Positions 1-10,405 of a stretch of DNA of 64,000 nucleotides are shown in pieces. The notes under the pieces were generated by a model. It searched no databases and was not told where the DNA came from. It saw only the letters and a program-made list of their open reading frames with translations. The DNA lies in contig JBAZCK010000001.1 of assembly GCA_041654955.1 (NCBI GenBank), positions 57,879 to 121,878 of the forward strand, given 5' to 3'. Made by a program: the position numbers and the translations under genes. The first letter of the stretch is position 1, and the number at the start of each line of letters is the position of its first letter. This DNA is from Acholeplasmataceae bacterium (GTDB lineage: Bacteria; Bacillota_I; Bacilli_A; Acholeplasmatales; Acholeplasmataceae).

Positions 1-614
1 TAAGAATATATAATTTAAATGAAAACCAAGTATTTTTAGATGGTCACGATATTATGAAATTATCAATTCATGATGTAAGAGACACAATAGGTTATGTACC
101 TCAAGATAATTTCTTATTCTCTGAAACGATTTATTCTAATATCGGCTTTGCTTATGAAGATGTTGATACTTCAAAAATTGAAGAAGCAGCAAGACTTTCA
201 GATGTTTATGATAATATTATGGAATTTAAAGAAAAATTTTCAACAGTTTTAGGTGAACGTGGCGTTACGGTATCTGGTGGACAAAAACAAAGAATAAGTA
301 TCGCTAGAGCTTTAGCAAAAAACCCAGAGATTTTAATCTTAGATGATTCAGTATCTGCAGTAGATACAAAAACTGAAGAAGCTATTATTAGTAACCTTCA
401 TCGTGTAAGAAGTGGTAGAACAACCATTTTTATTGCGCATCGTATTTCAACGGTTAAACGTATGGATAAAATTATCTTATTAGATGATGGCAAAGTGGTT
501 GCTGTTGGATCTCATAAAGAGTTGTTAAAAACAAATGCCTTATATCAAGATATGGTTAGAAGACAACAATTGGAAAACTTAGTTCAAGGAGGTGGCACAG
601 ATGAAAGACTTTAA
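1..614 (+). CDS. ABC exporter permease/ATPase subunit, 3' part (5' end outside window)
   Basis: Frame is open from nt 3. Q-loop YVPQD, signature VSGGQKQR, degenerate Walker B ILILDD, H-loop AHR. Confidence 0.9.
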   Translation, partial: RIYNLNENQVFLDGHDIMKLSIHDVRDTIGYVPQDNFLFSETIYSNIGFAYEDVDTSKIEEAARLSDVYDNIMEFKEKFSTVLGERGVTVSGGQKQRISIARALAKNPEILILDDSVSAVDTKTEEAIISNLHRVRSGRTTIFIAHRISTVKRMDKIILLDDGKVVAVGSHKELLKTNALYQDMVRRQQLENLVQGGGTDERL

Positions 615-2391
615 GGATAATACCCGTGAACGAAGTGATAAAGAGGTACTAAGAAGACTTATAAGATATATGATTCCATATAAAGTACAGTTCATATGGA
701 TTACTATTATGATGTTTGTTGGTATTGGACTACAATTATTGCCACCATTTTTGATTGGTTTTACTGTAGATACAGTTGCTAGTGATATACTTACTCAAGA
801 TGAAAAACTTTATCGAATTATCATTATGGGTGCATTGTTTATTGTAGCTTTAGTTGTGGGTAATTTAGTAAATTACTATCAATCAATCATGTTACAAAAA
901 GTTGGACAACAAACTGTTGTGACTTTAAGAAATGATGTGTTTACACACATTGAAAACTTAGCAATTGGTCAAATCAATGAAGTTCCTGTTGGAAAACTTG
1001 TAACAAGAGTAACTAATGATACAAATACAATTAGTGAAATGTATACAAGTGTTGCAGTTAATTTAATTAAAAATGTGATTTATATTTTTGCGATATTAAT
1101 AATTTTGTTTTTCATTAGTTGGAAGATCACGCTTTATGTATTAATTATTATGCCATTTGTTATTGTCGCATCTATTTTATTTAGAAAGTTCTCTAGAGCT
1201 TCATATAGAAGAGTTAGAGCTAATGTATCAGAAGTGAATGCTTTCTTATCAGAAAACTTATCTGGCATGAAAATCACACAGATTTTTAATCAAGAAGAAA
1301 AGAAGAAAAAAGAATTTTTTGAAAAAACTACGAATTTAAAGAAAAGTTATTTAAGAGAAATTTTAGTGTTTGGTATCTATAGACCTTCAATTTATTTATC
1401 ATCTATGATTGGTACATTATTAGTACTTTATATAGGTTATCAAGAGGTTATGGCAGGTGTTATTACTGCGGGTATCTTATTTAGTTACTATACTTATGTT
1501 GGTGATTTCTTCCAACCAATACAACAACTAGCAGAAGAGTTTAATATTTTACAAAATGCTTTTGCGAGTGCAGAAAAGATTTTTGATGTACTAGATACAA
1601 AACCTATAATTACAGACGAAGAAGATGCTATCGAACTAGAATCATTTAGCGGACGTATTGAGTTTAAGGATGTATGGTTTAAATACATTGAAGATGAATG
1701 GGTGCTTAAAGGTGTTAGTTTTAAAGTTAATCCAGGGGATACTGTCGCATTTGTTGGAGCTACTGGTTCAGGAAAGACAACGATATTAAGTTTAATTGTA
1801 AGAAATTATGATATTCAAAAAGGACAAATATTAATTGATGGCATAGACATTAGACGTATCAAACGATCTAGCTTAAGAAAACATATTGGACAAATGCTGC
1901 AAGATGTATTCTTATTTAGTGGTACGATTATGGATAATATTACATTAAAAGATGATGAAATTACGAAAAAAGAAGTTATCTCTGCTAGTGAATATGTTGG
2001 AGCAAACACATTTATTGATAAAATTCCTGATGGATATGACCATGTTGTATTAGAAAGAGGTAATAACTTTTCTAGTGGGCAAAGACAACTTATATCATTT
2101 GCTAGAGCACTTGTCTATAAACCAAGTTTAATGATTTTAGATGAAGCAACTGCAAATATTGATAGTGAAACAGAAGAATTAATTCAAGAATCTTTAGAAA
2201 AAATGATGAATATATCTACGATGCTTATCGTTGCACACCGTCTATCAACTATTCAACATAGTGATAAGATTATCGTCATGCAAAAAGGTGAGATTAAAGA
2301 AGAAGGTAGTCATCAAGAATTATTAAAACAAAAAGGATTATATTATAATCTATATCGTTTACAATATGATGAAGAAATTCAAAATAATTAG
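601..2391 (+). CDS. ABC exporter permease/ATPase subunit (heterodimer partner, YheH/TmrAB-like)
   Basis: N-terminal TM domain, Walker A GATGSGKT, FSSGQRQ, ILDE. SD GGAGGTG precedes ATG 601; overlaps the previous gene. Confidence 0.92.
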   Translation: MKDFKDNTRERSDKEVLRRLIRYMIPYKVQFIWITIMMFVGIGLQLLPPFLIGFTVDTVASDILTQDEKLYRIIIMGALFIVALVVGNLVNYYQSIMLQKVGQQTVVTLRNDVFTHIENLAIGQINEVPVGKLVTRVTNDTNTISEMYTSVAVNLIKNVIYIFAILIILFFISWKITLYVLIIMPFVIVASILFRKFSRASYRRVRANVSEVNAFLSENLSGMKITQIFNQEEKKKKEFFEKTTNLKKSYLREILVFGIYRPSIYLSSMIGTLLVLYIGYQEVMAGVITAGILFSYYTYVGDFFQPIQQLAEEFNILQNAFASAEKIFDVLDTKPIITDEEDAIELESFSGRIEFKDVWFKYIEDEWVLKGVSFKVNPGDTVAFVGATGSGKTTILSLIVRNYDIQKGQILIDGIDIRRIKRSSLRKHIGQMLQDVFLFSGTIMDNITLKDDEITKKEVISASEYVGANTFIDKIPDGYDHVVLERGNNFSSGQRQLISFARALVYKPSLMILDEATANIDSETEELIQESLEKMMNISTMLIVAHRLSTIQHSDKIIVMQKGEIKEEGSHQELLKQKGLYYNLYRLQYDEEIQNN

Positions 2392-2414
2392 TCGTTTTTG
2401 AAAGGAGCGTATAC

Positions 2415-3800
2415 ATGTTAGATAAGAAAATATTACAAGAGTTAATTAACGAAGCACTTTCAACTGGGGCTGATTTTGCTGAAATCTATTTAGAAGATAC
2501 GATGAGTTCGAGAATAAGTGTTACAAGTGGAGATGTTACATCTACATCGGCTAGTAATGTTTTTGGGGCTGGTGTAAGACTTATATTAGGTGTTGATGAA
2601 GTCTACGGATACACAAATAAGATCACCTACGATTCAATCTTAAGTGTAATAAAAAACTTAAGAGCATCTTTTAGTGGAAAATTATTTGAATCAAAACCAT
2701 TACAAAATAAGAAACTATATACTAGTCATATCAAACGAAGTATGACTGAAGTATCATCTAAAGAAAAGACTGATAAGCTTCAACATTTAAATAATCTTAT
2801 ATCAAGTTATGACAAACGAATTGTTCAATCTGTGACTCAACTTTTAGAAACAGAACAAAATATCTTAGTTGCTAATAGCAATGGTGTTTATCAAGATGAT
2901 GTTAGAACTTATACAAGAGTCATATTGATGGCAGTTGCAAAAGAAAATGATTTGATGCAACAAGCATATGAAGGTCCTGGTCGATTTATGGGCTTTGAAA
3001 TCTTTGATGAAATTGATTTTGATCAGTTAGCAATTGAAGTAGCAACTAGTGCGATTACCTTATTAACAGCAGAAGATATTAAACCACAAGTTATGCCTGT
3101 TGTTCTACACAACGGTTTTGGTGGTGTGATTTTCCATGAAGCTGTAGGTCACCCGTTAGAAGCGACTGCAGTAGCTAAAGGACTATCACCATTTGTTGGA
3201 AAAATTGGTGAGAAAGTTGGATCTGATATTCTGACTGCTTATGATGATGGTAATGCTAAAAATGCTTGGGGTCGTTTAAGCTTTGATGATGAAGGTATGC
3301 CAACACAAAAAAATCTATTAATTGAAAATGGTATATTAAAAGGCTTTTTAATCGATCAAAGAAATGGCAAGAAAATGAACATGGATCCAACCGGATCTGC
3401 ACGTAGACAGTCTTATAAGTATCCTCCAACCTCAAGAATGAACTCAACATATATAGCACCAGGTAAGGATAAATTTGAAGACATTATCAAAGATACACAA
3501 TATGGTTTATTTGCTAAAAAACTTGGTGGAGGAACTGTTGTTCCTGCAACTGGAGAGTTTAATTTTGCTGTTCAAGAAGGTTATATGATTGAAAATGGAA
3601 AACTAACTAAACCTGTAAGAGGAGCTATGCTTATTGGTCATGGTAAAGATGTTTTATTTAAAATTGATAAAATTGCAGATAACTTAGAATTTGGTCAAGG
3701 TATGTGCGGATCAATTTCTGGTAGTATTCCTGTCGATGTAGGACAACCAACGATTAGAGTTTCATCTATGACTGTCGGTGGCGCAGGAGGTAGAAAATAA
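2415..3800 (+). CDS. tldD: TldD family metalloprotease subunit
   Basis: HEAVGHPLE (HExxxH), FDDEG, PTSRMNSTY, GMCGS...VDVGQPT. Confidence 0.92.
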   Translation: MLDKKILQELINEALSTGADFAEIYLEDTMSSRISVTSGDVTSTSASNVFGAGVRLILGVDEVYGYTNKITYDSILSVIKNLRASFSGKLFESKPLQNKKLYTSHIKRSMTEVSSKEKTDKLQHLNNLISSYDKRIVQSVTQLLETEQNILVANSNGVYQDDVRTYTRVILMAVAKENDLMQQAYEGPGRFMGFEIFDEIDFDQLAIEVATSAITLLTAEDIKPQVMPVVLHNGFGGVIFHEAVGHPLEATAVAKGLSPFVGKIGEKVGSDILTAYDDGNAKNAWGRLSFDDEGMPTQKNLLIENGILKGFLIDQRNGKKMNMDPTGSARRQSYKYPPTSRMNSTYIAPGKDKFEDIIKDTQYGLFAKKLGGGTVVPATGEFNFAVQEGYMIENGKLTKPVRGAMLIGHGKDVLFKIDKIADNLEFGQGMCGSISGSIPVDVGQPTIRVSSMTVGGAGGRK

Positions 3801-5110
3801 TGTTTGAAAAGTGGATAGAATTAGGTTTAAAAAAAGGACTTAAAGATTTAGAAATATTTGCAGTAAGACATAAAAGTTTAAAACTTTCTGTATACCAAAA
3901 CAAATTAGATCAACATGTGATTAGTGATGTTGAATCTGTAACGATTAGAGGCATTTTTGATGATAAGTTATCTACTGTTAGATTTGAGCATTTAGATACT
4001 GAAAAAGTAGATCAAATGCTCGATTTGCTCATTGAAAATGCAAAAGCCTTAACCGTAAAAGAGCCTGCAATCATCTATGAAGGCTCAAGTGAGTATCCTG
4101 TTGTTAAAGATGAGCTGTTTGATTTTAATCAAATAGATGTCAAAGATAAAATTGATATGTTAAAGAAACTTGAATCAGGTATATTAAATAATGAACATGT
4201 TAAACAAGTACAAACGACCATCTATCAAGAAATAGATACAAAAACAACTTTAGTAAACTCTAAGGGATTAAATCTATCAAGACAGAATACATATGCATAT
4301 GCGTATGCGATTGGTGTATTTGAGAAAGATGATGATATAAAAACAGCATATGATATTAAACTTGTAAAAACATTTGATGAATTTAATGTTGATGAAATGA
4401 TTAAAACAACACTAGATAAAGGCACTGCTAAATTAGGTGGAAAATCTGTAACATCAGATACTTATCCAGTGGTCTTTTCTAATGAAATGTTTGCTGATAT
4501 CTTAGAGGTCTTTTCTAGTATTTTCTCTGGTGAAGCTGCATTTAGAAATCTTACCAGTCTAAAAGATAAAGTAGGCGTAAAGATTGCTGATGAGCGTATA
4601 AACTTTATTGATGATCCATTATATAAAGATGCACATTTTAAAATGCCATTTGATGATGAAGGTGTTGCATGTAAGAAAAGATATGTTGTTGAAAAAGGCG
4701 TATTTAAAGGCTTTAACCATAACTTAAAAACTGCGAAGATATTTAATGAAGCACCGACTGGTAATAGCTTTGGTGGTGGCATCTCAACAACCAATCTATA
4801 TTTAGAACCTTCAACAACTACTTTTGATGATATGATTAAAGATATTAAAAATGGTATTTATATTACTGATTTAGTTGGACTTCATGCTGGTGTAAAAACA
4901 ATCTCTGGAGAGTTTAGTCTACAAGCTTCTGGATTTAGAATAGAAGCTGGAATAATAACAACTCCTGTAAAGATGATTGTTGTCTCAGGTAATTATTTTG
5001 ATATGTTAAATGATGTTGATCAATTTGCAAATGATCTTAAGTTTAATTTATCAGGTGTAGGTAGTCCAAGTGTTTCAATTAAAAATTTGGTTATTGGCGG
5101 AGAAGCATAA
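3800..5110 (+). CDS. pmbA: PmbA/TldE family protein
   Basis: PFDDEG, GEFSLQASG, GSPSV; no HExxxH; coupled to tldD (TAATG). Confidence 0.9.
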   Translation: MFEKWIELGLKKGLKDLEIFAVRHKSLKLSVYQNKLDQHVISDVESVTIRGIFDDKLSTVRFEHLDTEKVDQMLDLLIENAKALTVKEPAIIYEGSSEYPVVKDELFDFNQIDVKDKIDMLKKLESGILNNEHVKQVQTTIYQEIDTKTTLVNSKGLNLSRQNTYAYAYAIGVFEKDDDIKTAYDIKLVKTFDEFNVDEMIKTTLDKGTAKLGGKSVTSDTYPVVFSNEMFADILEVFSSIFSGEAAFRNLTSLKDKVGVKIADERINFIDDPLYKDAHFKMPFDDEGVACKKRYVVEKGVFKGFNHNLKTAKIFNEAPTGNSFGGGISTTNLYLEPSTTTFDDMIKDIKNGIYITDLVGLHAGVKTISGEFSLQASGFRIEAGIITTPVKMIVVSGNYFDMLNDVDQFANDLKFNLSGVGSPSVSIKNLVIGGEA

Positions 5111-5124
5111 GCTTCTCTTTTTTT
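5100..5124 (+). terminator. Intrinsic terminator after pmbA
   Basis: GAGAAGC-ATAA-GCTTCTC followed by a T run. Confidence 0.75.
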
Positions 5125-5182
5125 ATGCTTGCTTTTTTTATGAAAGATGATGTTATAATGAATTAAAAGGATAGGTGATCAT

Positions 5183-6217
5183 ATGAAAAAAATAGTAACT
5201 GCAATTGTTGGATATGGATTTTCTGGTTCAACATTTCATCTTCCACCAATAAAATATAACGAAAATTATCAAATCAAATTGGTGATGACAAGAAGTGAAA
5301 AGAATCAAGCCCAACTGAAAAAAGATTATCCAGATGCTAAAATTGCAACCACTTATGAAGAAATACTCAATGATAAAGAAGTCGATTTAATTGTTATTGC
5401 AACTTCTAATGCTGTACATTATAGTTACACTAAAGATGCATTATTACATGGTAAACATGTAGTATGTGAAAAACCATTTGTTGAAACATATGAGATTGCT
5501 AAAGAACTATATGATTTAGCTGATGAAAAAAATCTAATTTTAAGAGTTTTTCACAATCGTAAATACGATGGGGATATATTAACAGTACATGAACTATTGA
5601 AACAAAAGGATTTTGGAAAAATTGTATCTTATCATACTAGATTTGATCAATATAAACCTGATATAGGTTCAAACTGGAGATTTAAGAAAGTAGACATGGC
5701 AGGTAATTTTTATGATCTTGCACCTCATTTGGTTCACCACGTCGTAAGCTTGTTTGGTCTACCAAAAAGAGTCTACAATCGAGTGTTTTTAGATCGAGAA
5801 GGTATATCTGTAGATGATCATTTTGAAATGATTATGTATTACGATGACAAAACATGCTACATTGGAGCTGAAATGCTAGATCGAGATCCTAAACCAAGAC
5901 AAATGGTTGTTGGTACTAAAGCTACGTATACCAAATATGAGTTTGATGTTCCGGATACAGTAGATTATAAACCAGAAAACTTATACCAGGATCGTCAAAT
6001 GAGAAGTGATTTCATTATAGATCCTAAACATCCAGAACATATTGATGTTTTAAAAGGTCAACATTACAAATTTTACGATTTGCTAGCTAGTCACATCAAT
6101 AAAAGACCTCTTAAAGATGAAGATAGGGATTTAGCTTTATCAGTTATCTTAGTGATGGAGATGGCAATGAAATCTTCGTTATTGAAAAAAGATGTGGATG
6201 TTCCACAAATTATTTAA
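5183..6217 (+). CDS. Gfo/Idh/MocA family oxidoreductase
   Basis: GYGFSG Rossmann motif, CEKP, FHNRKYD, YDLAPH. Confidence 0.9.
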   Translation: MKKIVTAIVGYGFSGSTFHLPPIKYNENYQIKLVMTRSEKNQAQLKKDYPDAKIATTYEEILNDKEVDLIVIATSNAVHYSYTKDALLHGKHVVCEKPFVETYEIAKELYDLADEKNLILRVFHNRKYDGDILTVHELLKQKDFGKIVSYHTRFDQYKPDIGSNWRFKKVDMAGNFYDLAPHLVHHVVSLFGLPKRVYNRVFLDREGISVDDHFEMIMYYDDKTCYIGAEMLDRDPKPRQMVVGTKATYTKYEFDVPDTVDYKPENLYQDRQMRSDFIIDPKHPEHIDVLKGQHYKFYDLLASHINKRPLKDEDRDLALSVILVMEMAMKSSLLKKDVDVPQII

Positions 6218-6224
6218 ATAAAAT

Positions 6225-6276
6225 AAAAGTTCCTAAATACCTTTGTAAACACAAAAGGTTATTGGGAACTTTTTTT
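6225..6276. terminator. Bidirectional intrinsic terminator between the oxidoreductase and xylR
   Basis: AAAAGTTCC...CCTTTGT-aaac-ACAAAAGG...GGGAACTTTT, with A run before and T run after. Confidence 0.75.
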
Positions 6277-6301
6277 ATATCTTATTTTGTAGAAAAAAGT
6301 A

Positions 6302-6349
6302 TTTACAAAACATAATTTAAGTGTTAAACTATGTTTGAAAGCGCTCACT
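6302..6349 (+). promoter_or_regulatory. Sigma70 promoter with putative XylR operator and cre-like site, firing antisense into xylR toward xylA
   Basis: TTTACA(6302)-17 bp-TAAACT(6325) with extended TG. Palindrome TAATTTAA-gtg-TTAAACTA 6313-6331. TGAAAGCGCTCACT 6336-6349. 27/31 identical to 10406-10436. Confidence 0.75.
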
Positions 6350-7515
6350 CATAGACGCTGATTGTTAATGCCGATTTTATAGTTTTCAACATTCAAAAAT
6401 CTTTGGATGAGTACATGTGTAAGTCCTAAAACATTTTTCTTAGACTTATACATAGATGTGGTTAATACATCAAGTATCATGATTTGTGAACGTAATTTGT
6501 TTTTAATAGAAGAAATACTTTCAGGTATGTTTTCGATGATTTTAGAGTTTATGACAATGGTTTTAGGGTTTAATGACAAAGCGATGTTATTAATAATCAA
6601 ACTGACATACTCGATAAAATCATGATAAATCTCAAGTGCATTAGATTCCTTGCGTTTATATCGTTGAATCAATTCATCGATATTGATCTTTTCACCAGTT
6701 TTCTGGTAGTAATCATCTAATAATGCAGGTTCTGAAATGTATTGTTCTAAACAACCGTAATTGCCGCAAACACATTTCTTTCCATTAGGGACGATGATGT
6801 TATGACCAATTTCACCAGCATATCCATGTTCGCCGCTGTAAAGTTTATGGTCAATAATGATACCCATACCAACACCGTGGCCAATATTTAAAGAGATCAG
6901 GTTTTGATCATCAGGATGTGCAAGATGTTCACCAAGAGCCGATATGTTAGCTTCATTTTCTACATAAGTCTCTATACCGGTATAGTCTTCAATAATTGTC
7001 TTTAAATCGATATCTTTCCAACTTGTAAAAGTTGCATATGTAATCTTTTGACTTTTAGAGACGATCCCATAAACACCAATGCCTATACCAATGAGTCCAT
7101 AAGTTGAATCAAGCGTGTTCGCTTTTAATTCATCGATAGCCTCTAATAAGACTTTAAGATATTGAGAAAATTCAAAATCATCAATTTGTTTTCTAAGTTC
7201 GAAAACAATAGTGCCGTATAAATTGGTAATGACACCATAAATAGAATCTGTAAGTAATTCTATACTTATGATTCTTCCAGCGTTTTTATTTAAAGCAAAT
7301 ACTTTAGCACTTCGGCCACTTGTTTTAACAATCTTATCGGTTTCAACGACAAGTTCTTTATCAACAAGTTCTTGCATAATGGTTGAAACAGTAGCTTTGT
7401 TCAAAGAAGTAATCTTAGAAAGTTCTATACGAGATGTTTCTCTAAGCTCGATTAGTTTTTCAACAACAAGTTTGATATTTTCGATTTTTATGGATTGAGT
7501 ATTAGAAGTTTTCAT
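6349..7515 (-). CDS. xylR: ROK family xylose operon repressor
   Basis: N-terminal wHTH (SRIELSKITSLNKATVS), ENEAN, GEIGH, CVCGNYGCLE; next to xylAB. SD AAGGA precedes ATG 7515. Confidence 0.9.
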   Translation of the reverse strand: MKTSNTQSIKIENIKLVVEKLIELRETSRIELSKITSLNKATVSTIMQELVDKELVVETDKIVKTSGRSAKVFALNKNAGRIISIELLTDSIYGVITNLYGTIVFELRKQIDDFEFSQYLKVLLEAIDELKANTLDSTYGLIGIGIGVYGIVSKSQKITYATFTSWKDIDLKTIIEDYTGIETYVENEANISALGEHLAHPDDQNLISLNIGHGVGMGIIIDHKLYSGEHGYAGEIGHNIIVPNGKKCVCGNYGCLEQYISEPALLDDYYQKTGEKINIDELIQRYKRKESNALEIYHDFIEYVSLIINNIALSLNPKTIVINSKIIENIPESISSIKNKLRSQIMILDVLTTSMYKSKKNVLGLTHVLIQRFLNVENYKIGINNQRL

Positions 7516-7544
7516 AATGTGACATCCTTTCAATGATTAATTAA

Positions 7545-7573
7545 ATTATATACCAAATAAACAAGTTTGACAA
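7545..7573 (-). promoter_or_regulatory. xylR promoter
   Basis: Minus strand TTGTCA-17 bp-TATAAT. Confidence 0.75.
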
Positions 7574-7607
7574 AAAAATGTTAAATAGAAAAAAGGAGAT
7601 TTAAAAA

Positions 7608-8927
7608 ATGAACTATTTAGAAAAAATCAAAAAAGTGAAGTATGAGGGTTCTAAATCTACAAACCCAATGGCGTTTAAGTATTATAACCCAGATGAAATT
7701 ATTTTAGGTAAATCTATGAAAGAACATTTAAAGTTCTCAATGGCTTACTGGCATACTTTTACATATATGGGTGTAGATCCATTTGGAAAAGAAACGATGG
7801 AAAGACCATGGGATATTGATAACAATGATCCAATGGAAAGAGCAAAAGTTAGAGTTAAAGTTGCTTTTGAATTTATGGAAAAATTAGGTTTAGAATATTT
7901 TTGTTTCCATGATGTGGATATTGCTCCTCAAGGTGAAACATTAAAAGAAACAAATGATAATTTAGATGTTATTGTTGATTTGATTGAAAAAGAAATGAAG
8001 AGAACAGGTATTAAGTTATTATGGGGAACTGCAAACTTATTTAGCCATAAACGCTTTATGCATGGAGCTTCAACTTCTCCAAATGCAGATGTATTTGCAT
8101 ATGCTGCAGCTCAAGTTAAAAAAGCTATGGAAATCACAAACCGTCTAAACGGTGCTGGATATACATTCTGGGGCGGTAGAGAAGGTTATGAAACACTTTT
8201 AAACACAGATATGAAACTAGAACAAGACAATTTTGCTAGATTACTTCATATGGCTGTTGATTATGCAAAAGAAATAGGGTTTAAAGGTCAATTTTATATT
8301 GAACCAAAACCAAAAGAACCAACAAAACATCAATATGACTATGACAGTGCAACTGTGATTGCGTTCTTAAGAAAATATAATTTAGTTGACCATTTCAAGT
8401 TAAACATTGAAACAAATCATGCGACTTTATCAGGTCATACGATGCAACATGAGTTAAGAGTTGCATTTGATCAAGGTTTATTAGGAAGTGTTGATGCAAA
8501 TCAAGGTGATTTATTACTTGGATGGGACACAGATCAATTTCCAACAAATTTATATGACACAATCTTAAGTATGTATGAAATTATTCGCGGTGGTGGTTTC
8601 ACAACTGGCGGTTTAAACTTTGATTCTAAAGTTAGAAGAGGATCTTATACAGAAGAAGATTTATTCTTAGCACATATAGCTGGTATGGATACATATGCAG
8701 CAGGATTAAGAATTGCAGCTAAACTTTGGGAAGACAAAGTATTTGAAAAGAACTTAGAAGAACGTTATCAATCTTATCAATCAGGCATTGGTAATGATAT
8801 TGTTCACCGTAAGGTTGGATTCAAAGAATTAGAAACTTATATATTAAACAAAAAAGACATAGATAAAAATGATTCAGGCAGACAAGAATATCTAGAAGCT
8901 ATCATTAATCAGTATATTTTAGGTTAG
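7608..8927 (+). CDS. xylA: Xylose isomerase (class II)
   Basis: [36 protein letters not shown]. Confidence 0.97.
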   Translation: MNYLEKIKKVKYEGSKSTNPMAFKYYNPDEIILGKSMKEHLKFSMAYWHTFTYMGVDPFGKETMERPWDIDNNDPMERAKVRVKVAFEFMEKLGLEYFCFHDVDIAPQGETLKETNDNLDVIVDLIEKEMKRTGIKLLWGTANLFSHKRFMHGASTSPNADVFAYAAAQVKKAMEITNRLNGAGYTFWGGREGYETLLNTDMKLEQDNFARLLHMAVDYAKEIGFKGQFYIEPKPKEPTKHQYDYDSATVIAFLRKYNLVDHFKLNIETNHATLSGHTMQHELRVAFDQGLLGSVDANQGDLLLGWDTDQFPTNLYDTILSMYEIIRGGGFTTGGLNFDSKVRRGSYTEEDLFLAHIAGMDTYAAGLRIAAKLWEDKVFEKNLEERYQSYQSGIGNDIVHRKVGFKELETYILNKKDIDKNDSGRQEYLEAIINQYILG

Positions 8928-8937
8928 GAGACTTACT

Positions 8938-10401
8938 ATGTATATCGGTATCGATTTAGGAACATCTAGCGTTAAACTTATTTTAGTTTCACCAGAAGGT
9001 AAGGTTTTATCATCAGTGACTAAAAATTATGATCTTTTAATACCAAAACCTATGTGGACTGAACAAAATCCTAAAGATTGGTATGATCAAGCATTAAGTG
9101 GCTTAAAAGAATTAGTTAAACATCACAAAGATGAAATCAAAGCTATTAGTTTTTCAGGTCAAATGCATGGTCTAGTCATTTTAGATGAGCAAGATCAAGT
9201 ACTTAGAAATGCTATTTTATGGAACGATCAAAGAACGATAGATGATGTAGAATTTCTTAATAACGAAATCGGTATGGATACATTATTAAATGAAACAGGT
9301 AATATTGCGTTAACTGGACTAACTGCACCTAAATTATTATGGGTAAGAAGAAATGAGCCAGATATATTCAAACGTATTTCTAAAATCATGTTGCCTAAAG
9401 ATTATTTAGCTTATATGTTAAGTGGTGTGTTTGCAACTGATGTCTCAGATGTCTCAGGAACACTCTATTATGATGTTAAGCATAAGAGATATAGTCAAAA
9501 ACTATTAGACATACTTCAAATAAATGAAGCGCAATGTCCAAAAGTTTTTGAAAGTTATGAAAAAATTGGTATTTTAAAAAAAGAATTGAAAGATATGCTA
9601 GGTATTAAGCAAGATGTTGATATTATTATTGGTGCTGGTGATCAAGCAGCAGGTGCTGTTGGTATCGGTATTGTTAATGATGGTTCAGCTAGTGTCTCAC
9701 TAGGCACAAGCGGCGTGGTGTTTGTTGCATCTGATGCATTTAAAGAAGATCGTAAAAGCTATCTTCAGTCATATGCACATGCAAATGGCAAATATCATAT
9801 GATGGGTGTTATGTTAAATGCGGCAGGATCGTTAAATTGGTGGAGCGAAAAAATCTTCCAGAATTTTAATTATTCAGATTTCTTCGAAAAACTTGAACTT
9901 ACTTCAATAGAGGATTCACTCTATTTTCTCCCTTATTTATCTGGAGAGCGTTCTCCAATTAACGATCCTGATGCAACTGGAGTTTTCTTCGGGTTAAGAT
10001 TAGAACATCGAAAAGCACACATGGATAGAGCTGTAATTGAAGGTGTGACTTATGCACTTAAGCAAACTTTTGATTTAGTAAGTGATTTAGGCGTTGACAT
10101 TCATCAAGTAAGAATTACTGGTGGAGGCGCAAAAAGTCATGTATGGTCACAAATGATTGCAGACATATTTAATGTTGATGTTGTAACCATTAAAATAGAA
10201 GAAGGTCCAGCTCTAGGTGCTGCTATATTAGCTATGGTAGGACACGGTTTATATAAGACTGTCGGAGATGCTTGCAATCAAATTATTGAACTAAATCATA
10301 AATATCTACCTAACAAGGCTCATGTAGGCATTTATAAGCAGAAATATCAAGATTTTTTAAAGATTTATCCTGCAATAAAAAAATTATATAAAGACATTTA
10401 A
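8938..10401 (+). CDS. xylB: Xylulokinase
   Basis: GIDLGTS, SGQMHG, LWNDQR, PYLSGER, GGGAKS; follows xylA. Confidence 0.95.
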   Translation: MYIGIDLGTSSVKLILVSPEGKVLSSVTKNYDLLIPKPMWTEQNPKDWYDQALSGLKELVKHHKDEIKAISFSGQMHGLVILDEQDQVLRNAILWNDQRTIDDVEFLNNEIGMDTLLNETGNIALTGLTAPKLLWVRRNEPDIFKRISKIMLPKDYLAYMLSGVFATDVSDVSGTLYYDVKHKRYSQKLLDILQINEAQCPKVFESYEKIGILKKELKDMLGIKQDVDIIIGAGDQAAGAVGIGIVNDGSASVSLGTSGVVFVASDAFKEDRKSYLQSYAHANGKYHMMGVMLNAAGSLNWWSEKIFQNFNYSDFFEKLELTSIEDSLYFLPYLSGERSPINDPDATGVFFGLRLEHRKAHMDRAVIEGVTYALKQTFDLVSDLGVDIHQVRITGGGAKSHVWSQMIADIFNVDVVTIKIEEGPALGAAILAMVGHGLYKTVGDACNQIIELNHKYLPNKAHVGIYKQKYQDFLKIYPAIKKLYKDI

Positions 10402-10405
10402 GATG

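Noticed and set aside
6407-7498. + strand ORFs inside xylR (6407-6625, 7268-7498) as products of the antisense promoter
   Set aside because: No SD, and the composition is that of xylR antisense; the transcript is better read as a non-coding leader
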